From Chiloscyllium plagiosum (lineage: Eukaryota), in contig NC_057756.1 of NCBI RefSeq assembly GCF_004010195.1, forward strand, positions 9,246,934 to 9,280,717: a DNA stretch of 33,784 nucleotides, read 5' to 3'. Position 1 is the stretch's first letter, and every line of letters begins with the position of its first letter. The notes beneath the pieces are model-generated. The model saw only the letters and a list, made by a program, of their open reading frames with translations, had not been told where the DNA came from and made no database searches. This document shows positions 10,920 through 24,090 of the stretch, piece by piece. The position numbers and the translations under genes are program-made.

Positions 10920-12352
10920 TTAGAGTCATACAACATGGAAACAGACTCTTTGGTCCAACCACAGTCCATGCCGACCATAATTCCAAATTAATCTAGCCCC
11001 ACCTGCCTTCTCCGGCCCATATCCCTCCAAACATTTCTTATTCATATACTTATCCAAACGTCTTTTAAAACGTTGTAAATGTACCCAAATCCACCATTTC
11101 CTCTGGTGGTTCATTTCACACACAAACCACTCTCTGTATAAAGAAAATTTTCCATCATGACTTTTTAAAATCGTTCCCCTCTCACTTTAAAAATATGCCC
11201 CCAGGCTTGAAAACCCCCACCCTAGGGAAGAGACACCTGCCGTTCACCCTCTCATTATTTTATAAACCTTGATAAAAGTCACCTCTCAACCTCCTACAAT
11301 CCAGGGAACAAAGTCCCAACCTATCCAGCCTTTCCTTAAAACTAAACCCTTCATTCCTGACAACATCCTAGTAAATCTCTTCTGAACCCTCTCCAGCTTA
11401 ATAATATGCTTCCTATAACAGGGTAACCATAGTATTCCAGAACAGGCCTCACCAATGTCCTGGACAACCTCAACCTAATGTCCAAACTCCTTTACTCAAG
11501 GGTCTGAACAATAAAGGCAAACATATTAAATGCCTCCTTAACCATCCTATCTACAGTGATGCAAATGTATGTACCTGAACCCCTAGGTCTCTCTGTTCTG
11601 CAACACTGCCCAAGACCCTACTTTAAAATGTATAAGTTTTACTTTTACTTGTTTTACCAAATGCAATACATCGCATTTATCCATCTGCCACTCTTCAGCC
11701 CATTGACCCAATTGATCCCACTCTCTTTGTAATCTTTGTTAAAAATCACACAACACCAGGTTACAGTCCAACAGGTTTAATTGGAAGCACTAGCTTTCGG
11801 AGCGTCGCTCCTTCATCAGGTGGTCGTGTCAACCCCCTGATAAAGAAGCGACGCTCCGAAAGCTAGTGCTTCCAATTAAACCTGTTGGACTATAACCTGG
11901 TGTTGTGTGATTTTTAATTTTGTACACCCCAGTCCAACACCTGCATCTCCAAATCTTTGTAATCTTCACTGTCCATTAAACCACCAATGTTGGTGTCATC
12001 CACAAATTTACCAAACATCCTTTCTATATTTTCATTTAAATCATTGAGATAAATGACAAATAAAAGTGGACCCAGAACTGATCCATGTGGAATATCGTTG
12101 GTCACCGGCTCTCCAGTCTGAAAAACGACCCTCCACCACCTCTGTCTGTCTTCTGCCGTTAAGTAAGTTTTGTATCCAATTGGCAAGCTCACACTGACTA
12201 GCATGTAATATGAGTTTACTAATTAGTCTACCATGCGGAACTTTGTCAAAGGCTTTACTAAAGTCCAAGTAAACAATGTCTACCCCATTTGCCCTCCAAT
12301 CTTCTTGGTTACTTCCTCAAAAAACCCAATCAAGGTTGTCAGACACAATTTC
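10920..12352 (-). mobile_element. CR1-type LINE RT and 3' end
   Basis: DFSKAFDKVPHGRL, PHGSVLGPLLFVIYLND and KFVDDT motifs; CR1 tail at 10920. Confidence 0.92.
11737..11953. mobile_element. Penelope-like fold-back fragment (family 2) with 13-bp target duplication
   Basis: Arms ~11739-11820 and ~11836-11917; tctttgtaatctt at 11724-11736 and 11954-11966. Confidence 0.82.
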
Positions 12353-12374
12353 TCTTAAAATGCATCAAATTGGC

Positions 12375-13660
12375 TGAAATGGGAACATAATGCCCATCCC
12401 ATGTTACTCTTGAGAAGGTGGTAGTGATCTGCCTTTTTGAACCACTGCAGTCCACCTGCCCTGAGTTGACCCACAATGCCATGAGGGAGGGATTTCCAGG
12501 ATTTTGACCCTGCGACAGTGGAGGAACTGTATTTCCAAATCAGGATGGTGAGTGGCTTGGAAGCTTGAAGATGGTAGTGCCCATGCATCTGCTGTCCTTG
12601 TCCTACTAGATGGAAGTGGTCATGGTTTTGGAAGGTGCTGTCTGAGGATCTTTGGTGAATTTCTGCAGTGCATCTTGTAGATAGTTCACATTGTTGCTAC
12701 TGAACGTTGGTGGTGGAGGGAGGGGATGCTTGATGTAGTGGTAATCACGCTTGCTGGTTTGTCCTGGATGGTGTTGAGCTTCTTAGGTGTTGTTGGAGCT
12801 GCACTCATCCAGGCAAATGGGGAATATTCCATCACACTCCTGACTTGTGCTTTGTAGATTTCTCCAGTTTCCTCATTTCCCCTCCCCCTACCTTGTCTCA
12901 GTCCCAACCCTCGAACTCAGCACCACCTTCCTAACCTGCAATCTTCTTCCTGACCTCTCCGCCCCCACCCCCACTCCGGCCTATCACCCTCACCTTAACC
13001 TCCTTCCACCTATCGTATTTCCAACGTCCCTTCCCCAAGTCCCTCCTCCCTACCTTTTATCTTAGCCTGCTTGGCACACTCTCCTCATTCCTGAAGAAGG
13101 GCTTATGCCCGAAACGTCGATTCTCCTGCTCCTTGGATGCTGCCTGACCTGCTGCGCTTTCCCAGCAACACATTTTCAGCTCTGATCTCCAGCATCTGCA
13201 GTCCTTACTTTCTCCTTTGTAGATGGTGGACAGGCATTGAGAAGTCAGGAGGTGAGTTACTTGCTGCAGTATTCCTAGCCTCTGATCTGCTCTTGTAGCC
13301 ACTGTGCATATGTGGTGAGACCAGTTGAATGTCTGGTCAATGATAAACCCCAGGATGTTGATGGTGTGGGATTCAGTTATGGTATTTCATTGAATGCCAA
13401 GGAGTGGTTGTTAGATGGTCATTGCCTGGCATTTGTGTGGCGCGAATGTTACTTGCCACTTGTCAACCCAAGCCTGGATATTGTCTAGATCTTGTTGCAT
13501 TTGAACACTGACTGCTTCAGTATCTGAGGAGTCACGAATGATGCTGAACACTGTGCAACCATCAGCGAACATCCTCACCTCTGACCTTATGATGGAGGGA
13601 AGGTCATTGAGGAAGCAGCTGAAGCTGGTTTGGCCTCAGACATTACACTTAGGAACTCTT
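12375..13660 (-). mobile_element. Second non-LTR retrotransposon family (CR1/Jockey group), RT C-terminus
   Basis: QRLGILQQVTHLL..LSTIYK joins YKAQVRSVMEYSPFAW across an insertion; FADD-like codons near 13560. Confidence 0.8.
12860..13214 (-). mobile_element. Penelope-like terminal-repeat fragment (family 1) with 10-bp target duplication
   Basis: Same sequence family as 27751 and 29127; ctttgtagat at 12850-12859 and 13215-13224. Confidence 0.8.
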
Positions 13661-14764
13661 GTTATAAGTTAACAATTCTTGCTTCCTTTTTTGCCGTTGA
13701 CTCCAAAAATTTCCCTGCAAGTCTATTAATTAAGTTTCTTTACTTATGATTTCCTGAACTCAATGTCACATTATTAGTAATTTGTACCTGTCTTCTGACT
13801 TTAGAAGCACTTTCCAACTTAATATCTACAAGAAAGATAGCATGATGTTTCACCGACTGGAAATTCTTCTTCTTGCTGCGTTTTCCTTTGTGTCATGCAC
13901 AAGTCTATATAAGTGATGTAATTATAGTTTCCTGACCTTTCAGCACTGATTTTTTGTAGACTTTCTAAAGGAAGGGCCCAGTCACATTTGAGCCTACTTT
14001 ATAGATGATGCTATCCTAAACTTTGGTTTTTCCATAAAGTATACTCTTGTTTTGCCCTCTCTATTTAACCTGCTTCATGTAATTCATGGCCTGCTCTATG
14101 ATCAGATCCTCCTTTGTCTGTAGGAGATCTGATCGAACACACTCGATTACGGGAGCTTGATTCAGCCACAGACTAGTTAATCGCTTAAAACTCAACAAGT
14201 ACAATTTATTAACTAATAACTTTGCTTATAAATGCCTCACCAGATCATCCCAGTTTCTAACTCCTCTGGTTAAGCCTCTCGTTCTGGGCTGAATTTTTTC
14301 TTTAGACTTGAGTAGGTATCACCTGTTTATAATGCCTCTCCAAGTAATACTTCAGTCTCATTAACACCGTGCCTTGCCAGGGCCATCATCAGCCACGGGT
14401 CCCGTGGCAAATCAAAATGTAATGATCTGATTATTTTGAACTTCTGTTTGCAATCTTGGGCTATTCTGTACTTCTCAAACTGGCATTTGCAGAAGTCCTA
14501 TCTCTCTCTTTGCTGACTCGCTGCCATGTTGTTCTAGTTCCGAAAGCTGTTTTCTTTTCAAGCGAAACCTTTGCTCCCTCCTTCATGATTGTGTTTTACT
14601 TTCTGTGCCCTACCTCTCTTTGGAGAGGAACAGTTACTGTGATTCAGCCTTCTCTTAATCTGAGGCTCAATTTGTCCCAGTCCCCTTGCTGTTGATTCAC
14701 TTCCTAATTGCTATCTGCTCTATTATATCAGTAATCTAGACAGGTGTATGGTAGAGACATCCAT

Positions 14765-15170
14765 GGAAACCTGTAAAATAAGCAGGAGTGGTGCATTGAG
14801 CACTGTTGTATCATTCCACATAATCATAGCTGATTCTCGATCTCAATGCCATACCCCATTCTCTCCCCAATTCTCTAGTCACCTTTAGCCTCTAGAAATC
14901 TGTCTCCTGCTTTCTTAAATGTATTGAGCAACTTGATCTCGACTAGCCTTCTGCAACAGAGTAATTCCAAAGGGAAGAAATTTCTCCTCATCTCAGTCTG
15001 AAATGGCTTAACCCGTATTCCTAAGACCGTGACCCATTGTTCTGGATCCTCACAATACAGTTGTCCCATACTGGGAGAATGTTATATATTTCAATAAGAT
15101 CTCCTCTCATTCTTCTAAATACAGGCTCAACTGACCTAATTTCTCCTCAGATGACAAACCCACCACTTTC
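14765..15170 (-). mobile_element. Old CR1-type LINE 3' fragment
   Basis: PFQTEMRRNFF..LNTFKKAGDRFL translation. Confidence 0.75.
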
Positions 15171-15789
15171 TTCCAACTCTTTACTCCAACTATAGTACTA
15201 AATGCTCTACACGTCTCGCAGTCTACATCTGAGACTTTCTCTGCTCATATGTTGATTAAATTAAATTCACAATCACGACTGAATTTTTGTTAATCCCCCA
15301 GTCCTCAATTAGTGCCTCAGCACTTGGCATATTGTCTTGAGAGAGGCTGTTAAGTATACTTAATGCTGGAAGTCAGACTCAAAATTACATGCTCAAGGAA
15401 TTATATGTGGACAAGATTGGACATTTGAGATTAGTTTTTGAAATCTTTCCCCCAAACCTTTCACATTCGAGAAAGGGTACTGCAATCTGTTGAAGTGTGG
15501 GAAAGGAAACATTAAGATTATCTGCTGTCAGAACAACATTGATTCCTCCCCTGCTCCATGCAGTTGGAATGTCAATGCAGCTGGCGTTAATATATATTAA
15601 TCATTCTACTGTTATGCAAACTGTCTGCAGGGAGTTATTAACTTCAGGACGGTCTTGAAAACAGGCTGAGAGTTATCCATCAGAATCCTCCAAATCCACT
15701 TTACACATTCAAATTACAACCAATTTATAGGCAACCTTAATTTCTCAAGGAACCAGGCTCTGAGATTTCCCTTAAAAGAAACACTGGTT

Positions 15790-16950
15790 CCCAGCAGATG
15801 GAGAATAATGTGGGGGAAAAAGGGAAATTGTTCACTGTAGGGAAGAATAATAAAGCTAAGTATTACTTAAGTGGAGAATGACTGCAGAATATAAAGGTGC
15901 AGAGGGCTCTCAGTGTTCTAGTGGCTGAGGCCCCAAAAACATGGCTGCAGGTACTGCAAGCAAATAAGAAAACTAATGAAATGCTATCCTTTATTACAAG
16001 AGATAGTGAGCATAAAATTAAGGATGCCCTACCTCAGCTATACAGAGCATTGGTGAGACTACATCTCAAAAAGTCATAGAGATGTACAGCACGGAAACAG
16101 ACCTTTCGGTCTAACTCGTCCGTGCCAAGCAGATAGCCTAACCTAATCTAGTCCCATTTGCCTGCATTTGGCTCATAACCTTTCCTATTCATATACCCAT
16201 CCAGATGCCTTTTAAATGCTGGAATTGTACCAGCCTCCACCACTTCCTCTGGCAGCTCATTCCATACACGTACCACCCTCTGAGTGAAAAAGTTGCCCGC
16301 TAGGTCCCTTTTATATCTTTCCCCTCTCACCCTAAACTTATGTGTTCTAGTTCTGGATTCCTCCATGCCAGGGGAAAAGTCCTTGTCTACTTACCCTATC
16401 CATATCCCTCATAATTTTATAAACCTCCATGAGGTCACCCCTCAGCCTCCGACAGTCCAGGGAAATAGCCCCAGCCTGTTCAGCCTCTCCCTACAGCTCA
16501 AGCCCTCTAATCTTGGCAACATTCTGGTAAATCTACATTTTGATTTTCTCATTAAAGGAAGGATGTAGATGTGTTGGAGAGAATTCGGAGGAGGTTTACC
16601 AGATTGACACTGGTAAGTAGCAATGTTGATGTGGAAAGGATGCTTCCTTTCGTGGGTGCATCCAGAACTAGGAGGCACTGTTTTAAAATTAGGGGCCATC
16701 CTTTCGGAACAGAGATTATTACTTTTTTTCTCTTTCAGATTTTAGAACTCTACCTCAGAAGACAATGGGAATGAGGTATATGGAATATCTTGAAGGTGGA
16801 TAGATTCTCATTAGTCAAAATAATCAAAGGCTATCAGGGTAGATGGGAGTGTAGAATGTTGAGAAACTAACAGATAAGCTATGATTTTGTCTAATGGCAG
16901 TTTAGGCTTGAGGGGCTAAATGCCTATTTCTGTTCCCAATTTGTACGTTG
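15790..16950 (+). mobile_element. Old CR1-type LINE split by a younger antisense CR1 copy
   Basis: LYRALVRLHL (15897 ORF) continues as LERIRRRFTRL (16571 ORF). Confidence 0.8.
16072..16533 (-). mobile_element. Younger CR1-type LINE 3' end
   Basis: NFFTQRVVRVWNELPEEVVEAGTIPAFKRHLDGYM translation. Confidence 0.9.
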
Positions 16951-17450
16951 TTTGGAACAGAAGAAGTTTGCAGCAGAAGTAAGTGAGGTGTATAAAATCA
17001 TGGAGGAGCCCAGGTATTGAGTACAGTGTAAGTGGAGAGCTTCTTCTTGTGTTGAGTTGGCCATAACTCATACTGCTAGGTTCCACTCTGTAAATGCTGA
17101 GAGGTAGGGTTTATTGGACTAATACTTGTATACTAATTGTCTTGTAAATATTCCCTTGAACACTCCTCGGACATTCCATTTAAAGTGGAAAATGGCTTTA
17201 GTCACACTGACAAGGTTCCTGTGGCTCTGGCTTGTATCCAGGATGGAAGATGGCTGAACTCCCATGGTGACATAGCCAGAGTCAGGCGATCAATGAGCTA
17301 TCAAAGCTTCAAGGAGGTACAGAGATAAACATAGACCGTCAACAGCTGGGAATCATTCACCAACAAAGTGGGAATGATAATATCCTCTGGGACCTTCATT
17401 TATTATCAGAACAGTCAGTGGTTATAGCAGAGGGGCAACAGATTTTATGA

Positions 17451-17632
17451 GAAGGAAGTGAGGACTGCAGATGCTGGAGATCAGAATCGAGAGTGTGTGG
17501 TGCTGGAAAAGCACAGCAGGTCATGCAGCATCCGAGGAGCAGGAGATGAAGGGTTCCTGTCTGAAACATCGATTCTCCTGCTCCTCAGATGCTGCATGAC
17601 CTGCTGTGCTTTTCCAGCACTACACACTCTCA
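17451..17632. mobile_element. Penelope-like fold-back fragment with 14-bp target duplication
   Basis: aacagattttatga at 17437-17450 and 17633-17646; inverted arms. Confidence 0.8.
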
Positions 17633-18579
17633 AACAGATTTTATGATTCCAGTTGATGTCAGGTCCAGAGAGAAGTCCATTTTGTTAAATCTAAACATTA
17701 ATTTTTTTTAAAACCGTGCAGGTCAGTAACTGAACACATTCACAAGTGGTAACCAGTGCACTTTTAACACAAAAATTAAAACATTTGTTAAACAAGAGAA
17801 ACAACAATGTTACATGAATCAAAAGGTTGAGAAGATTGCATTATAGACATCAGAAAAGTATTCACATTTATTTTATTCTTTTCATTCCAGCAATGTCCTT
17901 ACAAACACCAAACCGCAGTGAAACATTGGTATTCTTTTCCCAGAAGAATGTTCCCAGACTGATACAGCTGCAGGAAATATCTTTATTTATAATCACTGCC
18001 ATTTGGTTCTCTTAAGACCCACAAAAAAAGCCGCAAACTAAACTCACTCCAATTTGAAAGCAACGGTCTCTAACCCCAGAGTCCAGAGGTCTTTCACATT
18101 CTGACATATACTGTTCACTGATTAAGTGACTGATGGTTTGTTTGATTTCTTTGTATGTTACTGGATCCCTGTCGCTAAGTCACAACACAGATGTTTCCTC
18201 TTCTACCAGTTTTAATGCATTTTTATTAACCCTTCATTAACCCCTAACTTTGAAGTTGTAAAACCTCATTAAAGTTTATGTAAACTAAGCAAGCTTCCAC
18301 ACATTCAGGTACCACAGTCCCAAGCTCACAGATGAAAGTTCAAAAATGACTGACCATGTCATCCACTTCTTAACACACGAAGTACATTTTGTGAATTAAA
18401 CTTATACATTGTTCCCAACATAATCACTTGGCCCCGTGAGAGCCTGTTCTGCCTTTCAATAAGATTAATCCAATCTAACTGTAACCTTAAATTACAATAA
18501 CCTTTCACCCCGTGCTGACCAAGAATGTATTCAGCTCTGCCTTACTTAATCAACGTTGCTGTTTCCATCAGATTTCAGG

Positions 18580-19080
18580 AAGAGAACAAGAGACGTACAG
18601 CACAGGAACAGGCCCCTTCACCCCTCCACGCCTGTGCCGCTCCTTATGCCCTCACTAAACTAAAAAGCAAACCTTCTGCCCTTGTTCAGTCCATTTCCCT
18701 CTATTCCTTCCCTATTCATGTAACCATCCCAGGTGCCTCTTAAATGTTGCCAACATGCCTATTTTCACCACCTCTTCTGGCAGTGCGTTACAGGCTCCTA
18801 CCACTCTCTGTGAAAAACTTCCCTCGCACATCTCCCTAACACCTTGAACCTGTGTCCCCTTGTAATCCAGTCTCTGACTATCTCCCTGTCTATGCCTCTC
18901 ATAACTCTGCAGACCTCTATCAGGTCTCCTCTCAGCTACTGTCCTTCCAGTGAAAACAATGCTAGTCTTTTTAACATTTCCTCATAATCAATGCCCTTGA
19001 GACCTGGCAACATACTGGTGAACCTTTTCTGCACTCTCTCCAAAGTTTCCACGTCCTTCTGGTAGTGTGGCAACCAAAGA
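18580..19080 (-). mobile_element. CR1-type LINE 3' fragment
   Basis: Similar to other CR1 tails (gtgaaccttttctgcactctctccaaag; caggtctcctctcagc). Confidence 0.75.
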
Positions 19081-19364
19081 GTTCCAAAGGAACAGGAATA
19101 TCTCAGCCCATCTCTGCCTTATTTTTAGATGCTGACACTTCAACACCTTGTATGCTTCAGTCAAGTTGCCTCCCACTCTTCCAAAATCAATCGATGTAAG
19201 GCTGGCCCGTCTAACCTTTACTCATAAAGCAATTCACACACTCCATGTTATCAGAGTATGCCTCACAAGGATGGACTTTTTCAGCCAGGAGCAGAGGTGA
19301 ACCAAATGAAGCTTTCCATTCCCCATCTTAACAGGTTGTATGCCGCTACATGTTATAAACGGAA

Positions 19365-19690
19365 GGAGATGATGGCCTAATGGCATTATCAGCATAGAGA
19401 CCCAGATAATATCTGGGGACTCGGATTTGAAACCCCGCATGATAGATGGCGGAATTTGAATTCAATAAAAGTATCTGGAATTAGGTGTCTAACGATGACC
19501 ATGAATCCATTGTCAATTGTCAGAAAAACATCCTTTGGGGAAGGAAACCGTCATCCTTACCCAATCTGGCCTACAATGACTCAAGACCCACAGCAATGTG
19601 GTTGACTCTTAACTGCCCTCTGGGCTATTAGGGATGGGCAATAAATGCTGCCAAGAGAGCAACGTCCTCATCCAATGAATGAAAAAAAAA
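19365..19690 (+). mobile_element. tRNA-derived SINE, non-V family, A-tailed
   Basis: A/B-box-like head (tggcctaatgg; ggatttgaaacc). The 3' end gggatgggcaataaatg resembles the tail of the LINE at ~12390. Confidence 0.65.
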
Positions 19691-20408
19691 CGCAAAAAAT
19701 TTCCCTGATAGAAGTCAAATGTCAAGCAGCACAGCTTTAAAACAATGGATAGAAGAATTCAAAGTAGAATTCAGGAGAAACTCTTACCCAAAGGACGGTG
19801 GGTAGGTTTAGAATTCTGTCACATTTGAAGAAAGATGGAGCTGCGCTTGCATTGCTGTGACCAACAATGTGGTGGACCATGGTCTCAGCTGACACAGACA
19901 TGAAGGGCGGAATGGCCACCTTTAATGCTGGTTTGATTTGAACATTTGGGTTTTTGAAGTTATCCAGGGTTAGGGTTAGGGGAACAACCTGTACATCAGA
20001 CTATTTACAGCACAGGGAAACAATACCAAAGGCAGCCAATGTCAGAACATGCTGCAGAACCAGTTAGTTCATTTTATTAAAGCAATCCCTCACACACAGG
20101 GAGGAGACCACTCTAAAGAAAGGAAAAGAGGAAAAAAGAGTTTATTGACACAAGTTCAAGGCTTGAATGGAAAGAATACACAGAAATTCAAGAACAGGAC
20201 ACAATTATACCTGGCACTTAGCAAAATGTTGTCATGATAACAGATTAGATCCCAAGCATTTCTGATAATGCAACTATTAAGTCTGGAATTCACAGACTGC
20301 CAAAAGACACCCTGTGCAAGCCCATGGAATGACATGTCTGGGAAGATGCTAAGGTAGTTTTACAGAGAAAGACTTCAAAAACTGAGAAGTGCAAGACAAC
20401 ACAATTAC

Positions 20409-20561
20409 CTCCTTGCAGCAGAAAAACTTCGCCTGTAGATTATATTCCATACTGTCGACATGAGTCAAAAGGCATGTTTGTGGTTTAATCTTTAAGAAAT
20501 ATACAAACAGGGGTCAAACACAAATTGCAACCCCTGGTCTGTACATTAGTGGGCTGATGTG
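20409..20561 (-). pseudogene. Candidate decayed LU C-half exon (HQPTNVQTRGCNLCLTPVCIFLKD*...)
   Basis: Strong acceptor tcttttcttttaactacag, phase-1 entry, RGCxxC motif, in-frame stops, possible donor GAG|GTAATT at 20408. Confidence 0.35.
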
Positions 20562-20734
20562 CTGTAGTTAAAAGAAAAGATATTCTCTGGCACTGAATGC
20601 TTAAAGCCAAATAATAAGGAAAGGAAAGATAACAATGGAAACTCAGTTTATAAGCAAAGCCAAGATTCATTGAATTGATTGCTGAAACACCAACATAAAC
20701 ATTACCAGCACTTCATGGCTACAACAGTCTCTTA

Positions 20735-20950
20735 AGAGACAGTGAGGACTGCAGATGCTGGAGAAGTCAGAGTCAATAAAATGCAGCGCAGGATAAAGCG
20801 CAGTAGGTCAGGCAGCATCTGAGAAGCAAGAGAGTGATGTTTCAGGCATAAACCAAGCAAGATAGTCCTGATCAAGGGTTATGCCTGAAACTTTGACTCT
20901 CTTGCTCCTCAAATGCTGCCTGACCTACTGTGCTTTCTACTATCTACTTT
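20735..20950. mobile_element. Older Penelope-like fold-back fragment
   Basis: agtgaggactgcagatgctggag start; inverted arms ~20800-20852 and ~20878-20936. Confidence 0.75.
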
Positions 20951-21145
20951 TCATGAACAGCTGAGACTCATCATTTACCTTTTAAGTTTTGTTATTTTTG
21001 GACTCATTTCTCATTTCCAATCTGTGTGCATTTTTGTTATTTCTTTGTATGGTTAGTAACTAATTCACTTATTCTTTGTTTAACTCAGGAAACCTGGTTA
21101 AATTGTCTCTTTTCTTCAAACCTAAATGAACTTCTGAAGTTGTCA

Positions 21146-21503
21146 GTGACACAGTGGCTCAGCAGTAACACTGCTGCCTCACAGCATGAGCAACAGGAGT
21201 TGGATTCCAGGCTTGGGTGACACAGGAGCATGGGGAGTTTGCACATTCTCCCTATGTCTGTGTGGGTTTCCTCCGGGTGCTCTGATTTCCTCCTACAATC
21301 CAAAGATGTGCAGTTTAGGGTGGATTGGCTGTGCTAAATTGCCCCTAGCATCCAGGGATGAGCAATGTGGATGGATTAGCCATGGGAAATGCAGGGCTAC
21401 AGGGTTATGATAGGGGGGGTGGGTCTGGATGGGATGCTCTTCGGAGGATTGGTGTGGATTTGATAGGCCAAACGGCCGGTTTTCACACTGTATGGATTCT
21501 ATA
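21146..21503 (+). mobile_element. V-SINE (HE1-type), full length, diverged
   Basis: acagtggctcagc head, V-domain, CR1-like tail ending ggattctat. Confidence 0.85.
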
Positions 21504-21650
21504 AGGGAAGGGATCCTTCCAGTTAATCTTGGTGCAACTGACTGAGGGGGTGGGTGAGGAAGTAAAGGGGCCCTTATTCAACCCTCCTTACCCAGGAGCA
21601 AAACACATTGCAATATTCTGTCTGGAACCACAGCAAACTGGGGAACCTCA

Positions 21651-22860
21651 TTAGAGGGATATGGGAAAGTGCTGGCATAAATCAGACTAGATCAGATTGG
21701 TCAGTGTGGGTAAATTGGACTGAAAGGTCTGTTTCTGTGCTGCATCTGTAGGCAGTGATCAGTATTAACGTTTTGGGACTAGCGGCCCTTCCTTACGTGT
21801 GTATGATAGGTGGGAATGCAACTTTTTTCTAGAGAGTCAACTTTTTCTAGCTGCCATCTGTTCTGAGAAAGGGGCATTTTTTAAAAAGGTCATTTGTGAC
21901 ACTTTAAAATCTTTCACAGTAGTTACCTACAAGTTACATGTGTTTGTTTTATGACTTAATTGGGAATACTGCATTCAGATTTGACCTCCACTGTTCCACA
22001 AGCTGTCACCAATCTGCAACTAATGAATTAAACCACCAGGGTGATCAATTTGTCTGACTGAGTGCTCTCCAGGACAAAAGCAACTCACATCAGGTTTCAT
22101 CATTAACAGAAAAATAACCATTGATTGTTAAACAGACTTATTTGTTAACAAATGGCAGAGATCAAAGAAAGGATTACTAATTTATTGTTATGCACCTTAA
22201 ACTTTACCCCTTGAACCCCAAAAATTGCACACACATTCATAAATAAGACAGAAAACGACAGATATAAATATGGGTAGATAATATAGATAGGGAAATCAAA
22301 TTTCTGAAGATAAAAATCGAGATCACAAGGAGGAGAATTAGTTCTTTTGATTTTAGCAAGGATGATGTATTGTCCCTCGAACAATGGTTATTTTTTCAAT
22401 TTGATAGTGGGTAAGGTGGACTTCGGTCTTCGCTTGTGTTCAACTTCTTTCTTTTAAATTTGTTAGGTTTTGTTTTCGCTGTTTCTCTTTACTCTTGTTG
22501 AGGATGAAAGATATTTTTTAAAGAACTGCCGATGCTGGAGATCAGAAACGAAAACAGAAGTTGCTGGATAAGTTCAGCAGGTCTGGCAGCATCTGTGGCA
22601 AGAAATGAGAGTTAATGTCTAGTGCCCCTTTCTCAGAACAGATGGCAGCTAGAAAAACGTTGACTCTCTGTGGGCTGCATTCCCACCTATTGTACACACG
22701 TATACACACACACATACATAAGGAGGGGCCACTGGACCCAAAACATTAATACTGATCACTTTCTACAGATGCAGCACAGAAACAGACCCTTTAGTCCAAT
22801 TCGCCCACACTGACAATCTGATCTAGTCTGATTTGCCAGCACTTGCCCATATCCCTCTAA
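21651..22860. repeat. Inverted duplication: arms 21651-21876 and 22623-22860, ~750-bp spacer
   Basis: Arms align as reverse complements across a LINE-tail/Penelope-like junction. Confidence 0.85.
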
Positions 22861-23268
22861 ACCCTTCCATTCAGATATCTTTTAAATGCTGTAATTGTAC
22901 CAGACTTCACCACTTCCTCTGACAGCTCATTCCATACTCACACCACCCTCTGCATGAAACATTGACCCTTGGGTCCCTTTTAAATCTTTCCCCTCTCACT
23001 GTCAACCTATGCCCCTCTAGTTTTCGATTCCCCTACTCTGGGAAAAAAGACCTTGCCCATTTATCCTATCCATGCCCGTCATGATTTTGTAAAGCTCTAT
23101 AAGGTTACCCCTCAGTCTCCGACGCTCCAGCCTGTTCAGCCTCTCCCTGTAGCTCAAACCCTCCAACCCTGGCAACATCCTTATTAATCTTTCCTGAACC
23201 CTTTCAAATTTAACATCATCTTTCCCATAGCAGGGAGACCAGAATTAAATGCAGTATTCTAGAAGTGG
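22763..23268 (-). mobile_element. CR1-type LINE 3' fragment
   Basis: Similar to 16072-16533 and 9309-9687. Confidence 0.85.
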
Positions 23269-23269
23269 G

Positions 23270-23797
23270 TTGCAGGTTTCAGGTCATTAATATGTAAATC
23301 CCAAAACTTCTTTTAAGTCACCTTCTCGAGCTAAGACAATGCATTAAAGGTGTGAGGTCAGAGTCTGTCTGTATCCCAGTCTTGAGTCAGACTGGTTCTA
23401 TTTCCAAAGTGGAATTTACAAAATATTACATACATTATTGCCAGCAGATTGTACATTTTTTGAGCAAAATAGAATGTATCTGCAAATACAAATTCACCCT
23501 ATAGACTTATGTGTGTGTGTGTGTGTGTGCATGATAAGAGTGTGCGTAAGTGCACGTGAGAGAGTATGTACGTGTGTGAAAGCTTGGTAAAGTGTGTGTG
23601 TGGGTGTGATGGAGTATAAGCCTGTGAGCGTGCGTGTATGTATGAGAGAGGGTCTGCGTGAGTATGTAAGAGTGTGCCTGTATATGTGTTTGTGTGTGTG
23701 TATAATGTAGTGGGATCCAATAAACATGTTGGATTATAACACTGTGTTGTGTGATTTTTACCTTTGTCCACCCCAGTCCAACACTGGCTCCTCAATA
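23270..23797 (+). mobile_element. Penelope-like family 2 fragment with a TG-rich tract
   Basis: The 3' end (tgttgtgtgatttttacctttgtccaccccagtccaacac) matches 11900-11950; (TG)n-like tract at 23510-23700. Confidence 0.7.
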
Positions 23798-23799
23798 TC

Positions 23800-24090
23800 A
23801 ACTAAGTTAGTGAGACATGATTTCACATGCACAAAGCCACATTGACTATCCCTAATCAGTCCTGGCCTTTCCAAATACATGTAAATCCTGACCCACAGAA
23901 TCCCAACAACTTACCCACCAATGACAACAGGCTCACCGATCTATAGTCCCGGGCTTTATCCTTACCACTTTTCTTAAATAATGGCAGCACATTAGCCTAA
24001 TTCCAGTCTTCTGGCACCTCATTTGTGGCTATTGATGACACCATAATGTCAGCAAGGGATCCAACGTTCATTTCCCTGGCTTCCCACAAA
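23800..24090 (-). mobile_element. CR1-type LINE internal fragment
   Basis: EVPEDW motif and YRSVSLLSLVGKL-like translation. Confidence 0.75.

Noticed and set aside
14120..14740. Possible solo LTRs (also ~17658-18420 and ~775-870)
   Set aside because: Only a compositional impression; no second copy, target duplication or primer-binding site found.
15440..15600. Plus-strand Cys-rich peptide (EKGYCNLLKC..IICCQNN)
   Set aside because: Opposite strand to the cluster, no terminal CN and no clear acceptor.
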